From Pseudomonadota bacterium (lineage in GTDB: Bacteria; Pseudomonadota; Alphaproteobacteria; Rhizobiales; CALHAX01), in the NCBI GenBank assembly GCA_039816705.1, contig JBCBXF010000001.1, forward strand, positions 1 through 40,583: a stretch of DNA of 40,583 nt. Direction: 5' to 3'. The notes under the pieces are model-generated. The model was not told the origin of the DNA, ran no database searches, and saw only the letters and a list, made by a program, of their open reading frames with translations. Both the position numbers and the translations under genes were made by a program. Positions 1-8,778 of this stretch are shown here, piece by piece (the first letter of the stretch is position 1; the number at the start of each line of letters is the position of its first letter).

Positions 1-772
1 CGAGCTCGATCAGGTTTGTTCCCGCATGAGGAAAATCGAAATCGACAATGATCTCTTCGCCCGGCTGCGCGACGATCCGTTCATCCGGTTTGCCCTCTCG
101 CCGCACCCGCAAGCGCGCCGCTCGCGCCCCGGCAGCACCGGAGCCACGGCCTTGCACCTCCACCTTCAGGCGGACTTCGGTCTGGCTGCCGACGATACCG
201 TAGCGCGGCGCCTTGACCACCCGGATGCGGCGGTCGAATTCGCCCGGTCGCCCGGTCAACAGCGCGTGAACCGGCACGGACTTGTCAATCGCGCCGATGT
301 TCTTAGGCACATCGTGCACCTGCCCGTCCGTCACCATAAGGATGCCGGCAAGCCTGTCGGACGGGATATCCGCAAGTGTGCTCTCAAGCTCGGCGAAAAG
401 CTCTGTCCCGGCTTTTCCGTCGTCTTTCGTAGCCGCCGCCTCGACAACGCGCACCTCAAGGTTTTTAATCCCTTCAAGCTGCGCTTCAACGGTCGCCCGC
501 GCCGCAACAGATTGCGCGCGTCGGTCCGCGATCGACTGACTGGCAGAAACATCAACGACAACGACTACAATGTTGCTGAGGAACTGCCGCTCTTCTTGCT
601 TGAGCGTCGGGTTGGCGAGCGCACCGAGCACGGCAGCGAGGCCGACAAGCCGCAGCACGGTGCCGGCCCGCCGTTGCCACGCAAACAGCCCGACAATCGC
701 CAGCGCCAGAAGGCCAAGCGCTATCAACGCAGGCCACGGCAGATAGGGAGCAAAAATAACCGACCAATTCAT
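1..772 (-). CDS. Membrane protein with VWA-like MIDAS motif, fourth gene of the MoxR/DUF58 (Bat-like) operon. Only the N-terminal part is in the window.
   Basis: Absent from the ORF track because there is no stop in the window. My translation of the minus strand from ATG 772..770 gives MNWSVIFAPYLPWPALIALGLLALAIVGLFAWQRRAGTVLRLVGLAAVLGALANPTLKQEERQFLSNIVVVVVDVSASQSIADRR... and stays open to position 1. It shows two N-terminal TM helices and a DxSxS motif (DVSAS). Its ATG overlaps the upstream gene's TGA (771..769) as ATGA. Confidence 0.75.
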   Translation of the reverse strand, partial: MNWSVIFAPYLPWPALIALGLLALAIVGLFAWQRRAGTVLRLVGLAAVLGALANPTLKQEERQFLSNIVVVVVDVSASQSIADRRAQSVAARATVEAQLEGIKNLEVRVVEAAATKDDGKAGTELFAELESTLADIPSDRLAGILMVTDGQVHDVPKNIGAIDKSVPVHALLTGRPGEFDRRIRVVKAPRYGIVGSQTEVRLKVEVQGRGSGAAGARAARLRVRREGKPDERIVAQPGEEIIVDFDFPHAGTNLIEL

Positions 773-3681
773 TGACCCAACCGTTTCAGCAGATCCGGAA
801 CATGCACCTGATCAGCTTTGTAATTTCCCGTCAGGGCATACATCACGATGTTGACGCCTGTGCGGTAGGACATCTCACGCTGCAACGCCCCGCCTGGAAC
901 AACAGCGAACAAAGGCCGCCCGGTATCATCGGACGCCCAGGCGCCTGCAAGGTCGTGTGATGTGACGATGATCGAGGAAACACCATCGGATTGCTGTGCC
1001 TCCCGGCTCGCGCCCGGTTCCGCCGTTACGCTGCCTGCCTCGACCCATGTCCCGCCGCCGGACCATCGTCCCGGAAACTCGCTAAGGAGATAAAATGACT
1101 TGGTCAGAACGTGACCATCCGGCACCGGCTCAAGCCTCGGCACGTCGAGCGCGCCAAGCATGCGCTGCAACGGCATTTCATTGCCGGGCGGGATCAGACC
1201 GTCCAACCCACTTCCCTGATCGCGGGTATCAAAAATGATCATGCCGCCTGTTTTCATGTACGCATCGACGCGTGCAAGCACCGCATCGCTCAGCGGCTGG
1301 GCGTCCGGGAGCACGGGCCAATAGAGGATCGGGAAAAACGCGAGTTCATCACGCGCCGGGTCAACGCCGACAGGATCACCGGCCTCCACGGCTGTCCGGC
1401 GAGAGAGCACATCCTTGAGACCTGTCAAACCGCTGCGGCTCGTCGCATCGGTGGTATCATCTCCGGTCAGCACGAACGCGAACCGGGTCTTTGTCGTCGC
1501 CTCCAGCGCGAATGTGGTATCCGCGGCGCCCGGCGTCGGGGCGGCCCCGCCAGTCTGGGCATGCGCCGCGTTGATAATGCCAATGCTGACGACACCGGCG
1601 AGCGCGAGGATGGCGGCCGTTGATGTACCGGCCCCTCGCGACACTTTTGCCTGTCCCCTCAATGCGCCTGCAAGACCTCCGAGTAACAGCACGGCCAGCC
1701 CGTCGATCAGCAACAGCGCCAACGCCGCCATGAAAAGCCACGGCTTGAGTGACGTCGCAACGCCGCCCTCGTAGGCTGCGCGGGCCACACCGGCGGGGGC
1801 ACTGAGCGCTGCAAGTTCGGTGTCGCTTCGCACTGCATTGAGTGCGCGCGCGCTTTCATCCGCTCCGTAATAGCCTGGCGGATGGTCTGGCCCAGGCACG
1901 GTCTCGCCGAGTGCGGCAAGTGCAATCGGTTTTGCGGTCGGGGGCGGCGTGCCGAGCAATCCGCCTCCATCGAGAATGCGACGCGGTGCGAGCAGCGCTC
2001 CACGTTCCGGCACCGGCTGTTCCGTTTCCTGTGCAGCAGATACCGATGCCGCGATTTGCGACGTTCCGGCCCGTGCTCCGGAACCGAGCGTGAGCACCCG
2101 TCGAAGCATGTCGACGAAAATCCCGGAGAGCGGCAGGTTGGACCAATCCGAGTTCGCCGTGATGTGAAAGAGCACTAACCACCCCTCTCCGAGCCCGCGT
2201 GCCGTCACAAGCGGTGTTCCATCTGACAACCGCGCCCAGACTTTCGTGGCGGCCCCGAGGCGGGTCGGGTCGGCCAGGACCTGGCGACGGACCGTGACTT
2301 CATCGCTGACCTCAAGGCCGGCAAACAGGCTGCCGTCATCGAAGGCCGCAAGGCGTTGCGGCTCGCTCCATGACAGCGCGCCGCCCAATGTGCGCCCTCC
2401 GAACCGCAGGGGGGCCGGCAGCAACTCGTCATTGCCCTGTTCAAGGCGCGTCCCGGCAAAACGGACAAGCACACCACCGCGTTTGACCCAGTCGCTGAGC
2501 TGCGCATTAGCTTCGCCACCCAGGGTGCCGATGTTCGCGAGTATCACCGTGGAGGCATTTTGCTTGAGCAGAGACTTGACCGCAGGCGACGTCGCCTGCT
2601 CGCTGCTCTCGACCACATCGGTGAATGGATTGAGTGCACGACGAAGATAATAGAGGGGAGATAAAAGTGGCTGCGAACTTTCCCGGCTTGCGCCGCCGAT
2701 GAGGCCGACCCTGTTCCAACGGGCCCGTGCGTCCAATAGATGAACCGCCCCTGCCGAACCACCATCAAGGATTTCAAGTCGGGCAATCTGGTTGCGCAAC
2801 TCAAGCGGCAGAGAAAAATTGGTCGTCGTCGATGCGCTTCCTGCTGGCAAGTCGTATGAGGCAACCGCGATCTGCTGCCCCTTCGCACTGATTGCGGCCA
2901 CGCTCCCTCGGCGCGGTACGTCCGCTGGAACGGAGAGAATTTCGGCAACCATGGAGCGGCTGTCACCAGGCTGCTGGCGCAACGCCTGCGCAATCCGGGA
3001 GGGCGCAGGCGTAATCATAGAGACGGAACCGTTCTCACCTGCCAACTGGATCAGGGTCTCCGCAAACCGCGTCCCGGCACCATAATCGAGCCCATCACTC
3101 AGCCAGACGATCTGCGTCGCGATCGCACCGTTGCCCTCATTTTGAGCTGCGAAAGCTTTTTCAAGCCGCGCGGCGACGGCCTCACGCGACGGAACCCACG
3201 CCTGCGCCTTGAGGCCAGCTGCTGCATCGCGTGCGCCACCGGCATCGGTGAATGCGAGTGTGGTGGCAGTCGGTGGTGTGGCCGTGCCGATCATGAGTAC
3301 CGGTTGTCGTGCACCGCTCGCGCCATCAATCAAACGCGCCATTGTCGCCTGACGAAGGTCCCAATGCCGTGCGCTCGCCCAGCCATTGTCAACCACGATG
3401 GCAAGTCGTGCCGCGCTGGTTGCGCCAATCCTGTTCGGATTCAGCACCGGCTCGGCCAGCGCAAAAATGAGTGCTGCCGCTGCCAGCATTCGGATCGCCG
3501 TTAACCACCAGGGGCTGCGCGCCGGTGTCCGTTCGCGATTGACAAGATCTGCGAGAATGCGGGTCGGCGGAAATGCGACCTGCTGTGGGCTGGGCGGGGT
3601 CGTGCGCAGCAACCACCAGATGATGGGGAGCGCGGCAAGGCCTGCAAGCAGCCATGGACTGACAAAACCGATCGCACCCAT
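769..3681 (-). CDS. Large membrane protein with a BatA-type N-terminal double-TM domain (TIGR02226-like) and a C-terminal DUF4159-like domain
   Basis: 970-aa ORF. N-terminus GFVSPWLLAGLAALPIIWWLLRTTPPSPQQVAFPPTRIL is typical of the aerotolerance-regulator N-terminal domain. There is an internal TM segment (LKPWLFMAALALLLIDGLAVLLL). The C-terminus has ELAFFPILYWPV...GGMIIFDTRD, typical of DUF4159. Its start overlaps the DUF58 stop by 1 nt. Confidence 0.85.
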   Translation of the reverse strand: MGAIGFVSPWLLAGLAALPIIWWLLRTTPPSPQQVAFPPTRILADLVNRERTPARSPWWLTAIRMLAAAALIFALAEPVLNPNRIGATSAARLAIVVDNGWASARHWDLRQATMARLIDGASGARQPVLMIGTATPPTATTLAFTDAGGARDAAAGLKAQAWVPSREAVAARLEKAFAAQNEGNGAIATQIVWLSDGLDYGAGTRFAETLIQLAGENGSVSMITPAPSRIAQALRQQPGDSRSMVAEILSVPADVPRRGSVAAISAKGQQIAVASYDLPAGSASTTTNFSLPLELRNQIARLEILDGGSAGAVHLLDARARWNRVGLIGGASRESSQPLLSPLYYLRRALNPFTDVVESSEQATSPAVKSLLKQNASTVILANIGTLGGEANAQLSDWVKRGGVLVRFAGTRLEQGNDELLPAPLRFGGRTLGGALSWSEPQRLAAFDDGSLFAGLEVSDEVTVRRQVLADPTRLGAATKVWARLSDGTPLVTARGLGEGWLVLFHITANSDWSNLPLSGIFVDMLRRVLTLGSGARAGTSQIAASVSAAQETEQPVPERGALLAPRRILDGGGLLGTPPPTAKPIALAALGETVPGPDHPPGYYGADESARALNAVRSDTELAALSAPAGVARAAYEGGVATSLKPWLFMAALALLLIDGLAVLLLGGLAGALRGQAKVSRGAGTSTAAILALAGVVSIGIINAAHAQTGGAAPTPGAADTTFALEATTKTRFAFVLTGDDTTDATSRSGLTGLKDVLSRRTAVEAGDPVGVDPARDELAFFPILYWPVLPDAQPLSDAVLARVDAYMKTGGMIIFDTRDQGSGLDGLIPPGNEMPLQRMLGALDVPRLEPVPDGHVLTKSFYLLSEFPGRWSGGGTWVEAGSVTAEPGASREAQQSDGVSSIIVTSHDLAGAWASDDTGRPLFAVVPGGALQREMSYRTGVNIVMYALTGNYKADQVHVPDLLKRLGQ

Positions 3682-4679
3682 CAGGAGACCACCTCGAGAT
3701 GTGGTGGAGATTTGGTGTGTCCGTCCGGTTGCGCGGCAGGTGCAGCACCCGGCGACGCCGTCTGGCGATAATCTCCGTCCGCGCCCGAGAGCCGGCCCGT
3801 GACCGCCATCAGAACTTCCTGCGCTGGGCGATCGGTATGATGCACGATGAAAGACCAGCCATAGCGTCGTGCCAGCGTCTGCAATGCGCTGCGGTGCGCG
3901 GCAAATTTCGCGAGATAGGCGTCGCGCAAGCCGTCCACACGCTCGGCAATGACCCGCGATCCGTCTTCCATGGGTAGGAACTCGACCCGCCCGTCGTATG
4001 GCAATGTCTCCTCGGCAGGGTCGACGATCTGCACAAGATGGCCGTTGACGCCCATCGCACCGATTTCGGCAAGCCGTGGCTCGATCACGTCGAGTGGATC
4101 GAGAAAGTCACCGATCATCACCACCTCCTGATGCCGACGCGGCCCGTCGGCCGGGGGTAGGCCGGAGATTGCACCGGATCTCGCGATATCAACGATCTCG
4201 AACGCGAGCCGCTCGATCATATCGCGGCCGGTCCGCGGCGGTTGCCCGCCGAGCAATCCGACACGCTCCCCGCCGCGCGCGAGCAATGCGGCAAGCGCGA
4301 GCGCAAGCACAACAGCGCGATCGCGCTTCAGGACCGGCGCAAGTGTGCTGCGAAAGGCCATGGAGGCGGATAGGTCTGGCCAGAGCCAGACGGAATGCGC
4401 CGCCTCCCATTCCCGCTCCCGAATGAAAAGTTGATCAGACGCGCCAGAGCGTCGCCAATCGACCTGCCCGCGAGAATCTCCGTCGCCAAACTGCCGAAAC
4501 TGCCAGAAAGTCTCACCCGGCCCTGCTTTGCGGCGCCCATGAATGCCGTGAATGACAGTTTGGGCGACCCGCCGCGCCTCGACCAGCAAGTCCGGCAGGC
4601 CATCGCTCAGCCCGTGCGCATCCAGTTCCAGCGTTGCGACGGTGTCGGCGTTCAAAGCGGCTGCAGGTATGTCGACCAA
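3681..4679 (-). CDS. DUF58 domain protein (VWA-like, MoxR partner)
   Basis: 332-aa ORF with HGRRKAGPGETFWQFRQF, DWRRSGASDQLFIREREWE and a MIDAS-like DLSAS motif. The TTG start at 4679 follows GAGG at a 6-nt spacing. It lies directly downstream of the MoxR ATPase. Confidence 0.85.
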   Translation of the reverse strand: MVDIPAAALNADTVATLELDAHGLSDGLPDLLVEARRVAQTVIHGIHGRRKAGPGETFWQFRQFGDGDSRGQVDWRRSGASDQLFIREREWEAAHSVWLWPDLSASMAFRSTLAPVLKRDRAVVLALALAALLARGGERVGLLGGQPPRTGRDMIERLAFEIVDIARSGAISGLPPADGPRRHQEVVMIGDFLDPLDVIEPRLAEIGAMGVNGHLVQIVDPAEETLPYDGRVEFLPMEDGSRVIAERVDGLRDAYLAKFAAHRSALQTLARRYGWSFIVHHTDRPAQEVLMAVTGRLSGADGDYRQTASPGAAPAAQPDGHTKSPPHLEVVS

Positions 4680-4786
4680 ACCGGACCTCGAATGCGTTGA
4701 TTAAAAGCATCGTCACGTGGCGATGACAGTTTACCCGGCAAGGCGGCTCGCCCGTCAATCGCGCTGCGGGCAAGCCGCATGAAAGA

Positions 4787-5785
4787 TCAAGCCAGACGTT
4801 GCGTCAGCCGTGAAATAACATCCCCAATGCTGATCCCGTCCGCCCGTGCGGAAAACGAAAGAGCCATCCGGTGTTTGAGTGTCGGCTCCGCCAGCGCAAG
4901 CACATCGTCGATAGATGGCGACAACCGTCCTTCGATCATCGCTTTTGCGCGTGTCGCCATCATCAGCGCCTGGCTCGCCCGCGGACCGGGCCCCCACGCG
5001 ATGTAATCGCCGACATCGCCAGCATCCTCAGCGCCTGGTCGCGCCGCCCGCACCAGCCTAAGGATCGCGTCAACGACCTGATCTCCAACCGGGATTTGCT
5101 GCACCAGCGTCTGAGCAGCCTGCAACTCTTCTCTTGAATAGATCGTCTCGAGCGGCGCCTTCGGCGCACCCGTTGTCTCGAACAGCATGCGGCGCTCGGC
5201 CAGCTCATCCGGATAACCGACGTCAATCTGCATCAGGAACCGGTCAAGCTGCGCTTCGGGCAACGGGTACGTCCCTTCCTGCTCAAGCGGGTTTTGCGTC
5301 GCGAGCACATGGAACGGTTGCGGAACGTCATGGCGTTCGCCGGCAACCGTAACGTGGTTCTCCTGCATGGCCTGGAGCAGCGCTGACTGCGTCTTCGGGC
5401 TTGCGCGGTTGATCTCGTCCGCCATCAGAAGTTGCGTAAAAATCGGCCCTTTGATGAAGCGGAACGCGCGACGACCGGCATCGCTTTCCTCCAGCACCTC
5501 GGCCCCCAGAATATCCGATGGCATGAGGTCGGGGGTGAACTGAATGCGCCGATTGTCGAGCCCGAGCAGCTGCCCGAGTGTCTCGACCAGCAGTGTTTTC
5601 GCCACGCCCGGCACACCGACCAGGAGCGCGTGCCCCCCGGCTAGCACGGTCAACAGCGTCTGCTCGATCACAGTTTCCTGGCCGAAAATTACGCCGCTGG
5701 CAGCCTCCCGCACCGCCGCCATGCGGGCGCCCGCCGTTTCGATCGATGCGACGATGTCGCCGTCCGCTTCATTGAGTTGGGTCAT
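4787..5785 (-). CDS. MoxR-family AAA+ ATPase
   Basis: Walker A GVPGVAKT, FTPDLMPSDILG, Walker B LLMADEINRASPKTQSALLQAMQE, and VLATQNPLEQEGTYPLPEAQLDRF. The longest ORF reaches 5863. I chose the internal ATG at 5785 (MTQLNEADGD...) because the N-terminal length fits the family, so the start is uncertain. Confidence 0.9.
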   Translation of the reverse strand: MTQLNEADGDIVASIETAGARMAAVREAASGVIFGQETVIEQTLLTVLAGGHALLVGVPGVAKTLLVETLGQLLGLDNRRIQFTPDLMPSDILGAEVLEESDAGRRAFRFIKGPIFTQLLMADEINRASPKTQSALLQAMQENHVTVAGERHDVPQPFHVLATQNPLEQEGTYPLPEAQLDRFLMQIDVGYPDELAERRMLFETTGAPKAPLETIYSREELQAAQTLVQQIPVGDQVVDAILRLVRAARPGAEDAGDVGDYIAWGPGPRASQALMMATRAKAMIEGRLSPSIDDVLALAEPTLKHRMALSFSARADGISIGDVISRLTQRLA

Positions 5786-6054
5786 GTCAGATGTATACGC
5801 CGGTTGTCGCTGGGGTGCGAATACTGTCGCGACGAATTTGGTCACGATCATGTTGTACCGCATCGGTAGCAGCTTTCACGGCATCTGCGCCATGCGGTGA
5901 TGTCGCGACACCGCCGAGACGCGCCGGCGGTGACCCCACGCCTCCCGGCCGCTCGGCCGTCGGAATGATCGGAATGCTCCGCGAAACATGCAGGAGCGCG
6001 AAAATTCACCAAGGTGCCGGAATTCTGAAAGATCAGCCTACTTCCTGACTGCTA

Positions 6055-6080
6055 GCGCGAACACGAAAGAGTGTTCACGC
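6055..6080. repeat. Inverted repeat GAACAC-N6-GTGTTC (extended arms GCGcGAACAC/GTGTTCaCGC), a candidate operator upstream of the minimal histidine kinase
   Basis: Read directly: gcgcgaacac gaaaga gtgttcacgc, about 30 nt upstream of ATG 6112. Confidence 0.3.
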
Positions 6081-6111
6081 AATTGCGATCTGCGCAGGGG
6101 GGGCGTTCAGA

Positions 6112-6807
6112 ATGACGCGTGAGGCCGAGTGGGCGAGCTTGTGTCACGACATCCGCAACCTTCTGACCACGATTGCTCTCGACGCCGACGTTCTGTGCGC
6201 GTCAAGCGACGCAGATGTGAAGCGCCGGGCTGATCGGATACGTCGCGCCGTCGACGCCTGCATTTCGTTCTGTGGCAAGGTTCCGCCCAACGGCATGGGC
6301 GGCGCGGCGACGATGGAGCAGACGGACATCTTGGAGCTCCTTCAGGATGTTCAGTCGCTCTCGACGCCCGCCTTGGAGCAGCCTGCACGCATCAGCATTG
6401 ATTGCCCTCCAGACCTCCTCGCCCATGTTGATCGCACAGCGCTGCTGCGCATCCTCATCAACCTCACACTCAACGCGGCCCTGGCCGTGACTGATAGCAA
6501 CGGAGACTTCGTGCGCCTCGCGGCACGACACGACGGTGCGACACTTGTGATCGATGTCGAAGATGATGGACCCGGCCTACCGGCGAATGTTCGCGCTGCG
6601 ACATTCGGATCACCGCGCATGCAACCGCCGACGTCCTCGATGCCCCCGACGCAAGGTGCGCGAAAAGATAATCGCACAGGTGGGGGACAGGGCGTTCCAA
6701 CGGCAATCGCGCTCGCCCAGGCGCTGGGTGGGACACTCGATATCGGACCTGCGGATGCACCGGGCACACGTATTCGACTGACACTGGCAAATGTCATTGC
6801 TCCGTGA
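6112..6807 (+). CDS. Small soluble histidine kinase core (DHp + HATPase_c) with no sensor or TM domain
   Basis: H-box SLCHDIRNLLTTI with the His at residue 12. N-box LINLTLNAALAV, G1 DVEDDGPGLP, and a G2-like GGGQGVPTAIALAQALGGTLDI. A G-rich RBS (GGGGGGG) sits 8 nt before the ATG, and an in-frame stop lies upstream at 6046. Confidence 0.8.
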   Translation: MTREAEWASLCHDIRNLLTTIALDADVLCASSDADVKRRADRIRRAVDACISFCGKVPPNGMGGAATMEQTDILELLQDVQSLSTPALEQPARISIDCPPDLLAHVDRTALLRILINLTLNAALAVTDSNGDFVRLAARHDGATLVIDVEDDGPGLPANVRAATFGSPRMQPPTSSMPPTQGARKDNRTGGGQGVPTAIALAQALGGTLDIGPADAPGTRIRLTLANVIAP

Positions 6808-7006
6808 TGCAGCGATGCCGAGTGAGAGCGAGCGCGATGGCGTCCGGGAAAATGCCAGTGCTCTCAACCGTGTCCATGGGCTTGGGAGGAAAATTAAGAA
6901 GTGTGTCGCGCGTCACGGTGATGGTCGCCCGCACAGTCCAGCCTCCGTCGAGGAACAGTCGTGTTCCGCCGGACTCGCCAGATTGACCAACCTGGATCTG
7001 AAACTC

Positions 7007-7858
7007 ATGCACGATGTCACCATTGCTGACGAGGGCCGGCTTAAGCACGTGAAGTTCGGCGCGCACGGCTACGATCTGAACTTTCGTCGCGGTATGAATG
7101 TCAGCGTGACCACACCTGTAACGCTGATGACGGTTCGGTATGATCTTCAGATCGGCGAGGCCGCTTTTGGGCAACAAGAGCCAGAGGCCTTCGTTGCGGA
7201 ACCCTACAGTCTGATCATCCATCAGCGCGGAACAAAAATTCGCTGTTCCATTCCTCCGGGCGGTGCGGAGTTTATCTGTATCGCACTTGACGAAACGGCA
7301 CTTCGATCGACGCCACAAAGTGATGCGATTGATCTGGGGCGCTTGAACAATCAACTGGTCATCGGCGCAAACATTCGCAGGCCGGCGCTGGCATTGCGAC
7401 GGCTACTGTTGGAGCGGGATTTCGCAAACGCAGGCAGCGCGGACGAACTTGTCGCGCAACTTGCACAACACGCTCTTGGAAGTGACAAAAGTCGCTGGTC
7501 CGGTGCGCCGACACCGGCTGGCGAGATGATGCTGAGGGCAAGCCGCCTGATCCAGGGTCGTCTTGCTGACCCGTTGTCCATTCCCATGCTGGCAGACGCG
7601 CTTGGCATCACCGACACGCGGTTTGCCCGTTACTTCAAGCACACGTTTCTGGAAACGCCCTATCAGTATGTCATCCAGAGGCGGCTTGATCGGGTGCGCG
7701 ATCTGTTGGCGGGCGACGGTGGCGAGATGTCATTGGCGCAGATCGCGCTCTCGACAGGCTTCGCGTCGCAAGCACACATGACAGCTCAGTTTCGCAACGT
7801 GCTGGGCGTGCCGCCCGGTCGATATCGCTCTCGCCTCGCACGTGGCGCCGGTCCATGA
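7007..7858 (+). CDS. AraC-family transcriptional regulator
   Basis: C-terminal double HTH: LADALGITDTRFARYFKHTFLETPYQYVIQRRLDRVRDLL...LAQIALSTGFASQAHMTAQFRNVLGVPPGRYR. The longest ORF starts at 6791 and overlaps the kinase stop. I chose ATG 7007 (283 aa, typical family size). The start is uncertain. Confidence 0.85.
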   Translation: MHDVTIADEGRLKHVKFGAHGYDLNFRRGMNVSVTTPVTLMTVRYDLQIGEAAFGQQEPEAFVAEPYSLIIHQRGTKIRCSIPPGGAEFICIALDETALRSTPQSDAIDLGRLNNQLVIGANIRRPALALRRLLLERDFANAGSADELVAQLAQHALGSDKSRWSGAPTPAGEMMLRASRLIQGRLADPLSIPMLADALGITDTRFARYFKHTFLETPYQYVIQRRLDRVRDLLAGDGGEMSLAQIALSTGFASQAHMTAQFRNVLGVPPGRYRSRLARGAGP

Positions 7859-8015
7859 CCCGTTTGCTGATCACGCACGTCGTCAGGCGATCGCCGATCT
7901 CGACATATGGTCTCGACTTGCCGTCGTTTTGAAAGGCGCGTTTTCCTTGCAACGTCGGATACAGCGCCCCTAAAACAGCCCATGAAAGACGATTGAACAA
8001 AACGGAGCCTTGAGA

Positions 8016-8675
8016 ATGTCCCTGCGCATCAACGACGAAGTCCCGAACTTCAAAGCCGAAACCACGGCTGGTGAGATCGATTTCCATGAGTGGATCGGTG
8101 ATGGGTGGGCCGTCATGTTCTCCCATCCGAAAGACTTCACCCCGGTGTGCACGACAGAACTTGGCTACATGGCGGGTTTGCAGGACGAGTTCGCTAAGCG
8201 CGGTGTGAAGATCATCGGGATTTCCGTTGACCCGATCGAGAGCCACCACGAGTGGAAGTCGGACATCAAGGATGTGACCGGTCATGCCGTCGATTATCCG
8301 CTGATCGCTGACCCGGAACTCAAGGTTGCAAAGCTCTACGACATGCTGCCTGCCACCGAAGGCGATACGTCCGAAGGTCGCACCCCGGCAGATAACGCAA
8401 CTGTGCGGACGGTGTTCGTTGTCGGGCCGGACAAAAAGGTCAAGCTGCAGCTCACCTACCCCATGACGACGGGTCGGAACTTCGACGAGATCCTGCGCGC
8501 CATTGACTCGATGCAGCTGACGGCCAAGCACCAGGTTGCGACGCCGGCCCAGTGGCAACCGGGCGACAAGGTCATCATTACGGCGGCCGTCAACGACGAT
8601 GACGCAAAGACGCGTTTTGGCGGCTTCGAACAGCCAAAACCTTACCTTCGCTTCACGGAACAGCCGAAGGATTGA
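8016..8675 (+). CDS. 1-Cys peroxiredoxin (Prx6 subfamily)
   Basis: MSLRINDEVPNFKAETTAGEIDFHEWIGDGWAVMFSHPKDFTPVCTTELG. The protein has a single Cys. GGAG lies 8 nt before ATG 8016 (the track ORF begins at TTG 8010). Confidence 0.92.
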   Translation: MSLRINDEVPNFKAETTAGEIDFHEWIGDGWAVMFSHPKDFTPVCTTELGYMAGLQDEFAKRGVKIIGISVDPIESHHEWKSDIKDVTGHAVDYPLIADPELKVAKLYDMLPATEGDTSEGRTPADNATVRTVFVVGPDKKVKLQLTYPMTTGRNFDEILRAIDSMQLTAKHQVATPAQWQPGDKVIITAAVNDDDAKTRFGGFEQPKPYLRFTEQPKD

Positions 8676-8778
8676 CGCAAACCGTCACGGCACGGATGCG
8701 GGCGCTGTTGCCGTGTCATCAGTGCCGGCCCATTGCGTTGTATCACGTGAAAGAAACCGATGTGAGTGACCGGTCGGT

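Noticed and set aside
26-775. 249-aa + strand ORF at the left edge
   Set aside because: The translation is Arg-rich and low-complexity, with no recognisable motifs. The opposite strand reads as a convincing membrane/VWA protein that starts at 772 with an ATGA overlap to the upstream gene. This is an antisense artefact of high-GC DNA.
6791-7354. N-terminal extension of the AraC ORF (6791..7006) and the antisense 186-aa ORF 6794..7354
   Set aside because: The extension is hydrophilic, matches nothing in AraC N-terminal domains, and would make the protein ~70 aa longer than usual. The C-terminal part of the antisense ORF looks vaguely protein-like, but its N-terminal half overlaps the AraC ligand-domain coding region. 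By-eye third-position GC did not discriminate between them. This remains unresolved rather than disproved. Ribo-seq or homologue alignment would settle it.
7671-8558. 295-aa minus-strand ORF
   Set aside because: It lies antisense to the strongly motif-supported 1-Cys peroxiredoxin and has no recognisable domain. It is a shadow ORF.
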